The notes beneath the pieces are model-generated. The model saw only the letters and a list, made by a program, of their open reading frames with translations. It had not been told where the DNA came from and made no database searches. DNA of 64,000 nucleotides, from contig JARDVH010000193.1 of NCBI GenBank assembly GCA_030324005.1, positions 70,146,739 through 70,210,738 on the forward strand. Reading direction: 5' to 3'. A program made the translations under genes and the position numbers. Below are positions 40,329 to 53,110 of the stretch, one piece after another; position 1 is the first letter of the stretch; every line of letters starts with the position of its first letter. The DNA is from Negaprion brevirostris (taxonomy: Eukaryota).

Positions 40329-42450
40329 GGGCACAAATTTGGTGCACTTGGACCCATTGCTTTGACACTAGGGGTTCCATTTTGGTGCCAAAGTAGTGCC
40401 TGTACCATTTGTGCTCATTTCTGGTGTGTCACACATGGAATGTGTTCTTGGTGAGGGTGTTAATATGATTGTGAGGAGCCTGTGCTGGAATCTGATGCCG
40501 GAAGGTGTATCATGCTGATCTGTTGCCAGTGCTGCCATTTTTTGCTGTCTTAGTTAACACCCTTCCTTAACTTGAATATGCATTCAGCAGCAGAAAGGCC
40601 TCGCCCAATCACAGTGTTATTTAAAGAGATCATGACCTTGTCGGATAGTTACTGGTTTCTCTGCAGGCTCAGTTGGAGTTCATGGAAGTGCTGGGTGTTC
40701 TGAGGAGGAGGTTAAAGTTGAGGCCTGCAGGAAATGGTGCTGCATGTGGAGAAGATCTTACAAGGGTTCTGTACACATCGCCTACTCACAGTCATGTGTT
40801 TATAGTTACTTTTCCCCTTAGGCTGTAGTATGATTGGGAGATGGAGCAAACAAAACATGTTGCTTGAAGAGGGGAAAAGTGCTCACAGAGAGAAGCCTTG
40901 TGCACTGTTGGTCTTCAGGCAACATAACACCTATCTCCAACTAAGCCAGCAACAGTACCTGAAGGAGGTATTCACAGAACTCTGTCATCCTATTGCAACC
41001 AGGCCTACAGCCAGTAAAGGGCTCTGAAGGTGACTTTCTTCATATTGGATTACTTCCAGGCCTGAGCAGGCAACATTTCTCAGTTCACTCTCCACCTCTA
41101 CAACAGATAACTGACAGGCACACTTCCTCCAGGAGGGAAGAGTTCACTGTTAGATTTGTTCTCCCTGAACAAAGAGAAACAAGTGGAGCATGCATGTATT
41201 TTTGCCAGGATGGGAGACTTCCTTATGGTGCAGACGTGTGGCTTTGTGAGTTCCACATCTTAGTGTTGAGATCAAGTACAACTGAAAAGATTACCCCTTG
41301 TTTAGTGTGCAGTTGGTGTGTGGTAGTAATCAGCCCATCATGCTGGTGAATTCTTGGTATCCTGGCAGCTGCCTTGGGGCTTTCATTCTGTGCTGGTCTG
41401 TTTCTTCGATCTTTCAGCCACCACGTCAAAGTAGAGGCTGATTGCTGAGTGACAAGGGATCTGCTTTACATTTGACTTTTGATTATACCCTGCAACCTCG
41501 ACCACATGTAGCTTGCATGCATACATTTAGCCATACTGCTAAGCGATACATCGTATTTACCACTTAAGTGTTGAAGCACAGTTCCATGCCTGGACTGCTC
41601 TGGAATAGCCTTTGACAAAGTTGTGCTACGGTCATCCGCTGTATGGTCTAAAACCTGATTACAGCAGGACATTGTTTTCAACCTGAGAGATGTGGCTCTG
41701 TGGTTTGCAGCAGTGCTAAGTATGTGATGGTGGAGCAGACAACCAGATGAAGCAATGAATGTGAGATATGAGTTTGTGTGTGACAAAAATTGGAAGTTGA
41801 GTGAAAGGGGTGAGGGAAATTTAGTGGCACGTGTGGTGAATTGAGCAGTGCTAGGCTGATAGTTCAGTTTTAAGGGTATGACATTTGAAGAGACATTGGC
41901 TGACTTTGATTGCTCTTGTAAGGTCATTAGACTGCATGTGGCTCAGCATCCAGGTCCTCGATGGCATTGATCTTTATAAATGTTTGCTTCAGTTCCCTCT
42001 TTTTTTATGTGGAGAGCCTTCTGGCCCCCCTATGGTTACAGGGCAATTCTTCTCCTGTCCATCTTGAGCGCTCAGGGACACGAGTAGTGTGTTAGAAAAT
42101 TTGGGAGCTTGCTCTCTGCCATGTTGTTCCATCTTCATTCTTCCTCTAGGTTAGACACTGATGACTTCAGTACCTCATGCGGCCAGAATGTACTTCCTCT
42201 TTAAAAGGACTAGGCTATTTTTAAGTAGTTCAGGCTAGCTTTAAGTGGTGCTAACCTTGGGTGACCATGGACACCCTGGTGAGGTGTGCAATTTCTCTGC
42301 AGTACATTTATAACACCACTGCATGCCGCTAACATTTGGGTTAGCAGGTGTCACAAAGTTTGTGTGCTGGGTATATCATTTTAAATCAGCATAGGTTAGT
42401 CTGGCATTGCGATCCCTGTGCCTGCATTTGGGCTATTGAATTTTTAGCCC
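40329..42450 (+). mobile_element. Decayed PIF/Harbinger DNA transposon
   Basis: Ends gggcacaaattt / aatttttagccc; motifs VFRQHNTYLQLS..KEVFTELCH, FQA*AGNISQF, FARMGDFLMVQ, SVQLVC, YPGSCLGAFIL, LLSDKG in transposase order. Confidence 0.72.
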
Positions 42451-43099
42451 TTGCTGTCTTTCAGCAGTGACCTTGAATTTGATGAAGCATTTGGCACTGA
42501 ATGAAAGGTAAGTAATCAAATTCTCTCGTTCAAAAAAGTCTTACATTTAATTCCCAATGTAAGCAGAAATTGTGCATTTTTTGTATTTTTCAACGACTGT
42601 TGGAAAAAAAACTAGCTCTTTTCCATAGTATGCTGAGATGTATTGGGGAACATAATAGAGAAAAGCTCATCTGCCATTTATGTTGGTTCACATGACATAA
42701 AAACTGTTGCCTCCCTATTTTCATTGTTGAAGAGGCCAGAGTACAATTCCAGACATCATTGAAAAAACCCGGCCATGTATTAGCACCGATGCTTCAAATG
42801 AAAAATGTTGTTTAAAGTTGAATTTCTTCTGATGTGCTGATATACACTGGAAATACCTGTGCCGAGACGCATAATTAATTTCCTACATTCCTGCACATTG
42901 TGGAGTGGGCTTGTGTAAAACACAAATTGCCCACTACATTGCACTGCTTTTGCAGCATTGTGCAGTGATGTAACAGCATTCATTTATCTCCAGTACATGT
43001 TACTTGAAAAAACAGTTAGTTGTACTGGGTTGGAGATTGGCCTCTGCCTGCATGCAGCCAAAACTACAAATAAACATCCCATGATCTTAATTCTTGTAG

Positions 43100-43164
43100 G
43101 AGCTGGCCCTGATGGAGTTGAAGAGATCAAAAGGCATCCATTCTTTGCTACCATTGACTGGAAT
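43100..43164 (+). CDS. RPS6KA6: RSK exon 12 (65 nt): (G)[21 protein letters not shown]
   Basis: tag / gtaggt boundaries. Confidence 0.94.
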
Positions 43165-43604
43165 GTAGGTGTTTCCCATTCCAACAAGCAAGATCAAGGT
43201 CACAAAGCTGTTAAATGTAATGCTTTTTACTCCTGAAAAACCCAAAGTTAAAATCTAAATGTTCATGCTTTTAATTCACTGCTTGTTTGAAATAACTTTT
43301 TTTCTGCTGTTAATAAAAGATTTTTAAAAATTATATATTTTCTGGGATATTAGACCATTTGTTCAGAGATTTTGTAACTCTTATGCCAATCAAACTTATG
43401 AATTCTTATCTAAGGTGTTAGCACCCATTGCAACTGTAAATTGTGAAAGGGTGTTGCAATTTTGTAAATCCTGAGTTTTAAAAAACATGTAAATGTTAAA
43501 CCAATAATTCAAAGTAATGTAGTTGGGTATTCATAATTATCCACATTGTCATTCAAAATAAAGTGACAGAGACATGTGAAAATGAACCATTCTCTTTATC
43601 TCAG

Positions 43605-43675
43605 AAACTGGTCAGAAAGGAAATTCAACCACCGTTTAAACCTGCTTCTGGCAAGCCAGAAGATACCTTCTGCTT
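43605..43675 (+). CDS. RPS6KA6: RSK exon 13, 5' part only: KLVRKEIQPPFKPASGKPEDTFC(F); 3' end lost in N-gap
   Basis: ctcag acceptor; AGC C-tail PPFKP motif; runs into gap 43676-43775. Confidence 0.9.
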
Positions 43676-43775
43676 NNNNNNNNNNNNNNNNNNNNNNNNN
43701 NNNNNNNNNNNNNNNNNNNNNNNNNNNNNNNNNNNNNNNNNNNNNNNNNNNNNNNNNNNNNNNNNNNNNNNNNNN

Positions 43776-44140
43776 AAGCTAATCCCAGTTGCCTGCATTT
43801 GGCCCATCTCCCTCTATACCCATATAACTGTCTAAGCACTCTTTGAAAGACAAAATTGTACTCGCCTCTACTACTGCCTCTGGCAGCTTATTCCAGACAC
43901 TCACCACCCTCTGTGTGAAAGAATTGCCCCTCTGGACATTTTTGTATCTCTCCCCTCTCGCCTTAAACCTATGCCGTCTAGTTTTAGACTCCTCTACCTT
44001 TGGGAAAAAATATTGACTATCTAGCTGATCTACGCCCCTCATTATTTTATCCATCTCTGTAAGATCACATCTAAGCTTCTAAGTTCCAGAGAAAAGAGTC
44101 CCAGTCTTCCCAGCCTCTTCTTATAACTCAAACCATCAAG
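43776..44140 (-). mobile_element. CR1-type LINE 3' fragment
   Basis: ORF 43779..44054: KTRRHRFK...FTQRVVSVWNKLPEAVVEA. Confidence 0.8.
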
Positions 44141-44269
44141 TCCAATTGGCTTCAGAAAGAGACACTGACACAAGTTGATTGGAGTCAGGAGGTGTGTACC
44201 TGTAATGCTTTATTCTGTGAATGAATCTGTGCCAATTATTCACATTTGAACCCTTCCTTCACCAACAAT

Positions 44270-44576
44270 GGGTGGCACGGTTAGCATTGCTGCCTCATAG
44301 CATCAGGGATCCAGGTTCAATTCTGACCTTGGGTGACTGTGTGGAGGTTGCACATTCTTCCTGTGTCTGTGTGGGTTTCCTCTGGGTGCTCTGGTTCCCT
44401 CCCACAGCCCATAGGTGTGTAGGTCATCTGAATTGGCCATGTTAAATTGCCCCTTAGTGTTAAGGGATTAGCAGAGTAAATATGTGGAATCACAGGGATA
44501 GGGAGTGGGTGGGATTGTTGTCGGTACAGGCTCAATGAGCCAAATAGCCTCCTTTGTACTGTGAGGATTCTATGAT
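44270..44576 (+). mobile_element. tRNA-derived SINE (HE1-like)
   Basis: Same head, core and tail as 14286-14628. Confidence 0.8.
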
Positions 44577-44812
44577 CGGTGAAACATTGGTTCTATTCTC
44601 TCATCACAGACACTGTGAGACCTGCTGAGATTTTCCAGCATTTTCTGTCTTTGTTTCAGATTCCAGCATTCGCAGTATTTTGTTTTTATCTGAGATCTTG
44701 TACTGGGAGCCAGGAAGATCTCCTCTAACTTCTATTCTCTCACTGCAAGGTGTGTCGGTTAGGGGGAATGATTGGGATAAATACACAAGGTTATGGGGAT
44801 GGGCACAGGAAG

Positions 44813-44893
44813 AAGTCTCACAACACCAGGTTAAAGTCCAACAGGTTTATTTAGTAGCACGAGCTTTCAGAGCACTGCCCCTTCATCAGGTGA
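44813..44893. mobile_element. Probable Penelope-like terminal fragment
   Basis: caacaccaggttaaagtccaacaggtttattt...gctttc...ccttcatcagg recalled as a shark Penelope end. Confidence 0.45.
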
Positions 44894-45189
44894 GAAGGCA
44901 GAGAGAGCCAGCACAGATATGATTGGGCTCGAATGGCCTGCTCATGAGCTGTAATTTCTGTGGTTGGGAAATTGACTGAGAAGCTCAGCTTGAAGAAATG
45001 GAGAACAGTGGTTATGGCAGGTACTCTAATGGACAAGGTGTGACTATTCCTGCAAAGATCTGTTTTGGGGTTTTAAATATTGATTGATGTATTTGTTAAT
45101 AACTTAAGATGGTGTGATAGTCACAGATCAAAATTTTCTTACGGCACAAATAAGGCAGCATTGTACGTAATGCAGATGGAAATGTAAAA

Positions 45190-46270
45190 TTACAGAGACC
45201 TATTTATAAATTAAGTTACTTGGCAAATGGATTTCAAAGTCAGCAAATGAGGCCATCCACTTTGACCATAACATAGATGTAGCTGGGTACTTTCTAAATG
45301 GCAAAAAAAGGTAGAAACAGTGGAAGTCCAAAGAAACTTGGGATTCCGGATATACAGAACCATAAAGTTTTATGACCAGGTAGAGAAAATAATGAAAAGG
45401 GCTCTTGGGATGCTGGCCTTTGTACCGAAAGCAGTAATACAAAGGGGTAGAAGTCATGTTTCAGCTGCATTTACAGAAATAGCTTTGGTTAGACCACACC
45501 TGGAGCATTGTGAGCAGACATGTGCACCACACCGTACAAAATATAAATTAACCCTGAGGGAATGTTTAGAGTTAATCACATGATAAATGGACTCCAAGGA
45601 GTAAGCTGCGAGAAGAGGTTCCAGTGGTTGGGTTCCTTTGAAATTAGAAAGGGATCAATGTCCACAAGTATCCACATGAGTTCAGGGATGGCCAAGGCAG
45701 GGTGGGTATTAGAACATACATAAGAAATAGGAGCAGGAGTAGGCCATCTAGCCCTTCGAGCCTGCCCCGCCATTCAATAAGGTCATGGCTGATCNNNNNN
45801 NNNNNNNNNNNNNNNNNNNNNNNNNNNNNNNNNNNNNNNNNNNNNNNNNNNNNNNNNNNNNNNNNNNNNNNNNNNNNNNNNNNNNNNNNNNNNNCACCAG
45901 TGCCCTATACAGCTGCAGCAAGACCTCCCTACTTTTATATTCAATCCCCCTCGCTATGAAGGCCAGCATATTGTTTAGCTGGATCGCCACCTTCTCAGGG
46001 AACGCATCAAAGATGGGTGACTTGATAGAAATTCTCAAGTGATCAAGGGGAACAAATAAAATAGATAGAAACTATTCTGCTGATTGGTTGTTGATTCTTG
46101 AAAAAAAATTAGAACTAGACTTTTCAGGCAGTTCATGCTTGACTAACTTTAAAACTGATAGGTTTTTGTTAATCTGATGGTATAAAGGGCCAGCATGGTT
46201 GCACATCAGCCATTATCATGTTGAATGGTGGAATAGGAATAAAGGGCTGGATAACCTACCGGGGTGGTTT
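45190..46270. mobile_element. Old + strand CR1 interrupted by a young - strand CR1 (45711-45980) spanning a gap
   Basis: ALVRPHLEHC on +; MLAFIARGIEYKSREVLLQLYRALV on -; young tail aagaaataggagcaggagtaggcc. Confidence 0.72.
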
Positions 46271-46389
46271 GTTTCCTTTAGAAATTTATTTTCAAATTTA
46301 ATCTTAAGGTGGGCATAATTTGTAATGATGCCCACCTTAAGATATATTGCACAAAATAAATCTTTATGCTTCCCTAAATAAACCCACCC
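46261..46389. repeat. Imperfect ~130 bp palindrome with perfect 16 bp core arms
   Basis: atcttaaggtgggcat (46301-46316) / atgcccaccttaagat (46328-46343). Confidence 0.85.
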
Positions 46390-47163
46390 TAAAGTTGAGG
46401 ATTTATGGAACCCAATCCCTCAGAAGCAGTTTAAAAACAAAGCCTATCTGTTTACATGCATTCCGACTCACCTCGTATATTGCATGTGAATACGGAAGGA
46501 AGTGTTTCTGGGTTCATATTAGAGACCGTATTGTCAATACAGATGGGTAAACATCCTGAAGACATCTCACTTGCACTGTGTCAACTCCTTTCTGCATTTC
46601 TACTCAATTCTTTAGCCCACTGTATTAGTACAGCTGTTAATCTTGTCAAAATAGCTGGAAAGGAAATTTAATCTGAGTGGATAAAGAATTTGTGTTAATC
46701 TCCCACACTAATTTCAGGACCTAAACCTTTAAGTTAGAGTCAGGGATAGTGATCCATTGGTCATTAAGACCAATCTTGAGAGCTATGCAGCTCTTCACAA
46801 ACAACTGACATTTGTCTCAGAATATGTGATTTATATATTGCTTAAAACCTCAGGTGAAACGACATCATTATTTGAGCAGACAAGTGCCATTTTGTTCGAG
46901 GGATAGCTTTTATTCTGTGGGCAGAAATGTTTATTTTAAAAGAGCATTCAAATGTGATTTTTAACTTAACATTTTAAATAATTTGTTGCTGGGAATTGTA
47001 TGTGTTATAGTATTAGATGTTACTTTAATGACTCGGGCATTGAATTGTATGAGGGGTACGTGTCTTGGAGTTCAATGAGATTGTAATTCTAGTTCTGACA
47101 ATGTTCATAAAACTTTGTTGTGGAAATAAATGAATGATAATTGAAGGTTTTTTCTTTGTTTAG

Positions 47164-47288
47164 ATTCACCTGGAATTCCACCGAGTGCTAATGCACATCA
47201 GCTTTTCAGAGGATTTAGTTTTGTTGCAACTAATGCAGTGGAAGAAGTGCCGAGTAACCCACTGACAGCTGTACACCCTATTGTACAG
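47164..47288 (+). CDS. RPS6KA6: RSK exon 14 (125 nt): (D)[41 protein letters not shown]
   Basis: Turn-motif SP and hydrophobic motif FRGFSF; tag / gtacaa. Confidence 0.94.
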
Positions 47289-47444
47289 GTACAATGCATA
47301 GATGGCTTAATAATAAGTGTGATGCTGAACTTAGAAAATGTCTACAGACTGTATTCTAATGTTGGGCAAGATGCTGTGTTTTAACAAAAAAATCTAATTT
47401 TTTGATAAGAAGGAATTTTAATTTTATTTCTTTGTTTATTACAG

Positions 47445-47567
47445 CTGCATGGGAATAGCATGCAGTTCAATGATGGATATGAACTAAAAGAAGATATTGG
47501 GGTTGGCTCCTACTCGATCTGCAAGCGCTGCATACACCGAGTTACCAATATGGAGTTTGCCGTCAAG
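47445..47567 (+). CDS. RPS6KA6: RSK exon 15 (123 nt): [41 protein letters not shown]
   Basis: Start of C-terminal kinase (GVGSYS, FAVK); cag / gtaatt. Confidence 0.95.
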
Positions 47568-50500
47568 GTAATTAATGATAACCCAGTTGTCTAATCCTAA
47601 TAGGAGTGCTGAAAATTTACTGCCTAATGTATAATGTGGGTTTTTAATGAGACTTTGTTGTGGACTTCCATGTTTTGGAGGAAGGAATAGGTTTCTATCT
47701 TGTTTGTCCTCAGTTAGAGTCAAACTCTCCAAATATGCTGGTTCATTCCATTGGTATTGCATCATCAACTTTGAGTATTGACTTCTCATTATAATTTTTA
47801 CAAGCACAACTTTCTGCAAGGTAATTTGTTAGAAGTTTGGAGATGTTGTTACTCCTCCAAACCCACACAATCAGAATTCATGAAGCTCAATTTGAATTTT
47901 CTGCTTGTGTTTTACTGTTGACTGTAAAACAAAATCAAGCTGAATGTTATCACATATTGTCTCATTGGCAGTCACATATAACTATTCATATTATACTTTT
48001 CCGAATTAGTGAATGAAAATTCAATTTATTTTAAAAAGACTTCCTGTTTAAGTTAAAGTTTGTTAGTGTCACAAGTAGGCTTACATTAACACTGCTGCAA
48101 AATTCTGTTCTTTACAATTTCCCTTACTAGCGCCAGGTTTTCTAATTTGTGTCAACGTCCATGTAATGGGTAACACCAAGATAATTATGAATTGCATATA
48201 CTATGCATAATGTATGCTATTTGTCTTAGTGGTAGTATGGGGGGTAATAGCATGGGGGCAAATTTTAGAGGCATGATTCTCATCACCCTGAATGTTTAGA
48301 GTTTTGATATTTGGTGAATTCTCCCTCTTGCCTGTCTGCCACTTATTCAATCCCCAAACTTCCCATTTGCTGCTTCCCTGCTAAATGGCTCTCTTTTCAA
48401 CCTCCTCATTGCCTCTCTGGTCTGCTGCTTTTTGTGACTCCCACCCGCCCCCAAGCTCGCCGGAGTCCCCCGCCCCCCCCCACCCCACCCCCAACACCCA
48501 CNNNNNNNNNNNNNNNNNNNNNNNNNNNNNNNNNNNNNNNNNNNNNNNNNNNNNNNNNNNNNNNNNNNNNNNNNNNNNNNNNNNNNNNNNNNNNNNNNNN
48601 NCCCCCCCATCCCTACCCCAATCACCAACCCTACCACTTGCATGCCTCCCACTTTCTCACCCCTTATCTCCCTCTGACTGACTTCTGCCCTGACTCTGAG
48701 TTGAGAAAGGTAAATGGCGATTAGGAGGGAGACAGTGAATGGGCAGGCACTGAGTAGAAGGAGCTGGGAGGCTGGTGTTACCTGGGAGGGTCGGGATGGA
48801 AGTGGTGAGTTGGGAGAGACAATGAGTGACAATGTGCAGGAGGGAGGCAGGGAGTGTGAAGGTGGGGGGAGAGGGGAAGTGGCGAGTCAGAGGAGTTGGC
48901 AAACTGAAAGGTCGAAATTGGGGAAGGAAGTGGCAAATTGAGAGGAAGCGAGTGGGACAATGTGGCCAGGGAGAAGTGATGAGATGAACAAGGCAGCGGT
49001 GGTGAAGTCAGGAAGGGAAGCAGTAGGCAAGAGAGGAGCGTTTAACAATGGTGACAAACTGCAGTCAGGAAGTGGAAAGCAGGAGGTAAATTGAAAGAGT
49101 TTGAAGATTGTTTGGACTGTTAGGACCACTGATCTGGTCATTATGCTGCAGCTGATTTTGCAGAATCACTAAAGGAAGATTGATCTTATAGACTTCAACA
49201 TAATAAAATTAAGGGGCATTTCCTGAACATTCTGTGCTGTAATTTTCTTTGTTTTAGTTCGATCGGGCAGCATGGTCGGTGCAGGCTTGAGGGTCAAAGG
49301 CCCTGTTCCTCTAACTTTCTTAGTTCTTTGTTATTTTCAGGTAGTTTGTGAGAACTTTTGAATTCCTTGTACAGATTTCCAAATAATAAGAGATTCTTGT
49401 GGTGTCATCCATAGGGGAATTTTAAACCATGCATGTATGTAAATACTTGTGCTACATGTTCCCAATTCACCTTTGCATATATTGTGAGAAAGTTTACTTT
49501 AAAAATAGTGAATTGGTTTAATATTTCATTATTAACAGACTTTAATGTAAAAAAACTCTAGGCACTGTTGTGATCCTTGGTCAGACCCCAGGCTGTGTTG
49601 GGAGGTTGAGGGAGGGGGGTATCCAACCACGGACCAATAACATTTGTTTAAAGTAAATTAAATTTGAGATTCAAAATGCGTATGAAGTGAGTAAAATCAC
49701 ACGATTCTGCAGGTTTGCAACAAACAAAATAAACTTTATTGTACAAGTTCAGAAAGATAAAACAATTTACAATATATATTTTATGCTCTAATGTTGAAAT
49801 ATATGTGAATTAATAGGCAAACTGTGTTTGCGCACACCACACTACATAGTAGATGACAGATATGATCAAATTCAATTTCATGGATTTCTCAGCAACCCAC
49901 CAGACATTTGTTACGTCTTGTGTCAATCATTCTGACTGAAACTTTATTTTTCTCACGAGAGTTTCAGATCTCTACAGTTGAAGATTTTGTCTTAGAATTC
50001 TCTTGAAAGGTTGCTCCAATTTGGACGGCTTCAACAACAAACCACCTTGCAGGATTTCAGTCTCCCCTCCCAGGATTCTTTTCCCCTGGCTCTCCGAGTG
50101 CACTCAAGCTTCAACTTCCAAGCACAATTTCAGATCTTGGGCTGTGCCAAGCAGAACATCATTGCTCCAAAGGGATACCTTTGCTCTGATGGCCTGCAAC
50201 ATGATGTCGTCAACCTTCGGCTGCCTTCTTGGAGCTTCAGGGCACCTCAATTAAATTAATTGGACCATTTCAATTAAAGCCAGCTCCCCGTAGCTCTTGA
50301 ATTGAGAGCCTGTTCCTCTGCCCTTTTCTTCCATTTCATTTAAGGGGCCTATTCCTATCTGGGCTTTCATCCTGGGCTGAGGCTGCTTTTCAGGACCTCT
50401 CCCTGTTCCGTTTCTGGTTTGGGACTTCAGTTTCCTCCTCCCATGTCTCCCCTAAGGCATCTGCCAGATCATAGCATTCTGCCTCCGATCATCTGATCTG

Positions 50501-51044
50501 CCTCATTGCCGTGTTTTCTCTTTCCATAAGTGCAGGCACATAGAGCCAGCCCTCGGCCTAAAGTACAAAAAGAAAAGAACTGTGAGTGAGTGACCATTTC
50601 TTAGCTGGGGCATGTGCAAAAGACCCTAGGTTGGTCAGGACTGGAGTTCTCGACTTACAAAATAAAGAAGGTTAAGTATTTGAATAAAGTGGAATAAATG
50701 CAACTGCTGCTTCAGAAATTAATTTAACAGTCATTTTCCCTCTTGGGATTCCATTCTCTCTTCACACAGTGCTGTCTTCTCCAGTCCCCAGATGTCGTTT
50801 CTCCTTGAATATTCACTTAATTTACAGCGATACTGTCTCGCTGACTTTTTCCAACCTGTTTGTGAGAACCAACTTTTGCCAAATTCACAGAAACCTCTGC
50901 CATGTTGATGTGAAGAAATGATGGAGCTATTTTTCTCACTCTTAGCAGTTTTAATTAAACAAAACACTTCTGTAAGCTGAAAAATAAATTGCCTTTTCCA
51001 CATTTTCTATCAATTAAGGCTGCTTTAGCTCCTTCTGTTTTATG

Positions 51045-51420
51045 AAGGTGGTCGGTTTTTGGCAGTGCCTTAAAGGAGCAAAGTGAAGTAGAAGGATGTG
51101 TTAGGAGAGTATTCCAGAGTTTGGAGCCTAGGTCACTGAGGGCATAGCTATCAGTGATGGAACAATTAAAATCGAAGATATACAGGAGGCCATAATTCCT
51201 AGTGCACTGATATCTTGGAATGTTGTGGGATGGAAGAGATTACAGAGCTGGGGAAAGGAGAAGACCATCGATGAATTGGAAAACAAGGATGAGAATTTTA
51301 AAATCAAGATATTGCTCAACCAGGAGCTAGTGCAAGTCATTGAGCACTGAGGTGATGGAGCATGGAATTTCTGGTGTTAAGACGTAAGCAGCAGAGTTTT
51401 GGGTGACATTAAGGCCATGG
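51045..51420 (-). mobile_element. Decayed L2-type LINE fragment
   Basis: aaaacaaggatgagaattttaaaatc reads DFKILILVF on the minus strand, an L2 ORF2 C-terminal-like motif. Confidence 0.55.
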
Positions 51421-52191
51421 ATGTGGAATATGGGAGACCCATCAAGAGTTGGAAAGGTGAAAGATAACAGATATGTGGGAACTCTATTTTCAAGTTCCCC
51501 TCTAATTTGCACGTCACTTTGATTTGGACATTTAATTTTGCAGTTCCTTTGTTGTCAACATCTTGGCATGCCCTGCCCACTGGCATTGTGAGGATAATTT
51601 CAAGTCAGACACTGATTCAGGAAGATGGTCCAATTCTGTCTTCTCAAAGGCATCCTGCAATAGTCAATAAATTCTGGCCTTGACAGCAATGCCCATATCC
51701 AGAGAATGAATTTAAAGGAAATTGTGGTACTTAGCATAGATTATCAAGACAGAGCCAAACATTTTACATTTGCAGTCAAAAGGAATTAAATGTTGGGTAC
51801 TCTGTGCTTGTGTTAATCAGCTTAACTTATTACTCTTTATTCTTTATTCTTCTGGACTCTTGCTTTGGAATTCATTGGCCTGTGAGTGAAAAGTTACAAC
51901 TGAAGATTCCCCTCTGTTGAGAGACAAACAGTGCAAGCTCAATGATGCAAGGGTAATCCTCAAAATGTGACTGAAATACTTGATGCAGGTTGCATAGCAA
52001 GTTAGCAGAATATTTCCAGCAAGGAATCTCTGTTGTTAGCACCTACTCTGTCAGCTTGGACAGTTAAAGCAACATTCTTACTCTAACATCTGTCTCATGT
52101 AACTCTTCAGTTTATTCCTGGAAACCTGTACTCAGAATCTCATTTTTGGCACAATTGCCTCTCCATTCTAGAAGGCTCCATTGATTTCATT

Positions 52192-53110
52192 GAACATAAG
52201 AAATAGTAGCCTTTGAGTTGCTCTGCCATTCACTATGATCATGGCTGATCTGATCTTGACCTCAAATCCACTTTCCTGTCCTTAATCCTTATCTCCTCTG
52301 TCATTCAAAATTCATACTGTCTCAGGCTGCACTGCTGTCTGGGGTAGAGAATTCCAGAGAGTCATGATCCTCAGAAAAAAGTACCCGCTTCATCTCTGTG
52401 CCTTAAATGAACCGCTTCTTATAACTACGTTTCCTAATTCTAGATGAGGGGAAACATCCTCCCAGTATTTTCTCTTCTAAGCCATCTCTGATATGTTTCA
52501 GCATGAACATGGACATTCTTCTGATGTCCAGTGAGTATTGGTCCAACTTGCTTTACCTCTGCTCAAAAGACAACTCCTTCTTCGCAGGAATCAACCTAGT
52601 GAACCTTTTTTGAATCACCTCCAGTGCAAGAATATCACCCCCACTTCACTTCCTTAAAGTAAGGAGACTAAAAACACACCAACACTTTGTACAGAAGTAA
52701 CAAGATTTCTTGACTCTTAAACTCCAAACCCCATGCAATAAAAGCCAGCATTGCATTTGTCTTCTAGATTTCTTGTTTTACCTCTGTGCTAATGTTTTAT
52801 ATTTCCCTCTGCCCTGCGAAATTCTCTCTTTCCATTTAAATGGTGCTTTGCTTTTCGATTCTTCCTTTCGAAGTGGATAATCTCATATTTTTCCGCATTA
52901 TGTCCTTACCTGCTGAATTTTTATCCACTAACTTAACCTATCTATCTTTATCTCTGTGCAGCCTCTGAGATCGTCTCACAACTTGCTTTCCCACCTATCT
53001 TTATATAGTGAGCAAATTTAGCTATAATTGTCCAGTAATTCAAGTCATTAATATGCATTATAACTAGGTGAGGGCCCACCTGGATCCCTGGAGTTCCCCA
53101 CTAGTTAGTT
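52192..53110 (-). mobile_element. Decayed CR1-type LINE
   Basis: gaacataagaaatag...gccattcactatgatcatggctgatctg tail followed by ORF2 remnants. Confidence 0.7.

Noticed and set aside
47484-47819. Antisense ORF overlapping exon 15
   Set aside because: No recognisable protein features; explained by chance and by the constraint of the sense-strand exon.
48207-48220. ataatgtatgctat, matching the loxP core
   Set aside because: The 13-bp loxP arms are absent; a chance match in AT-rich DNA.
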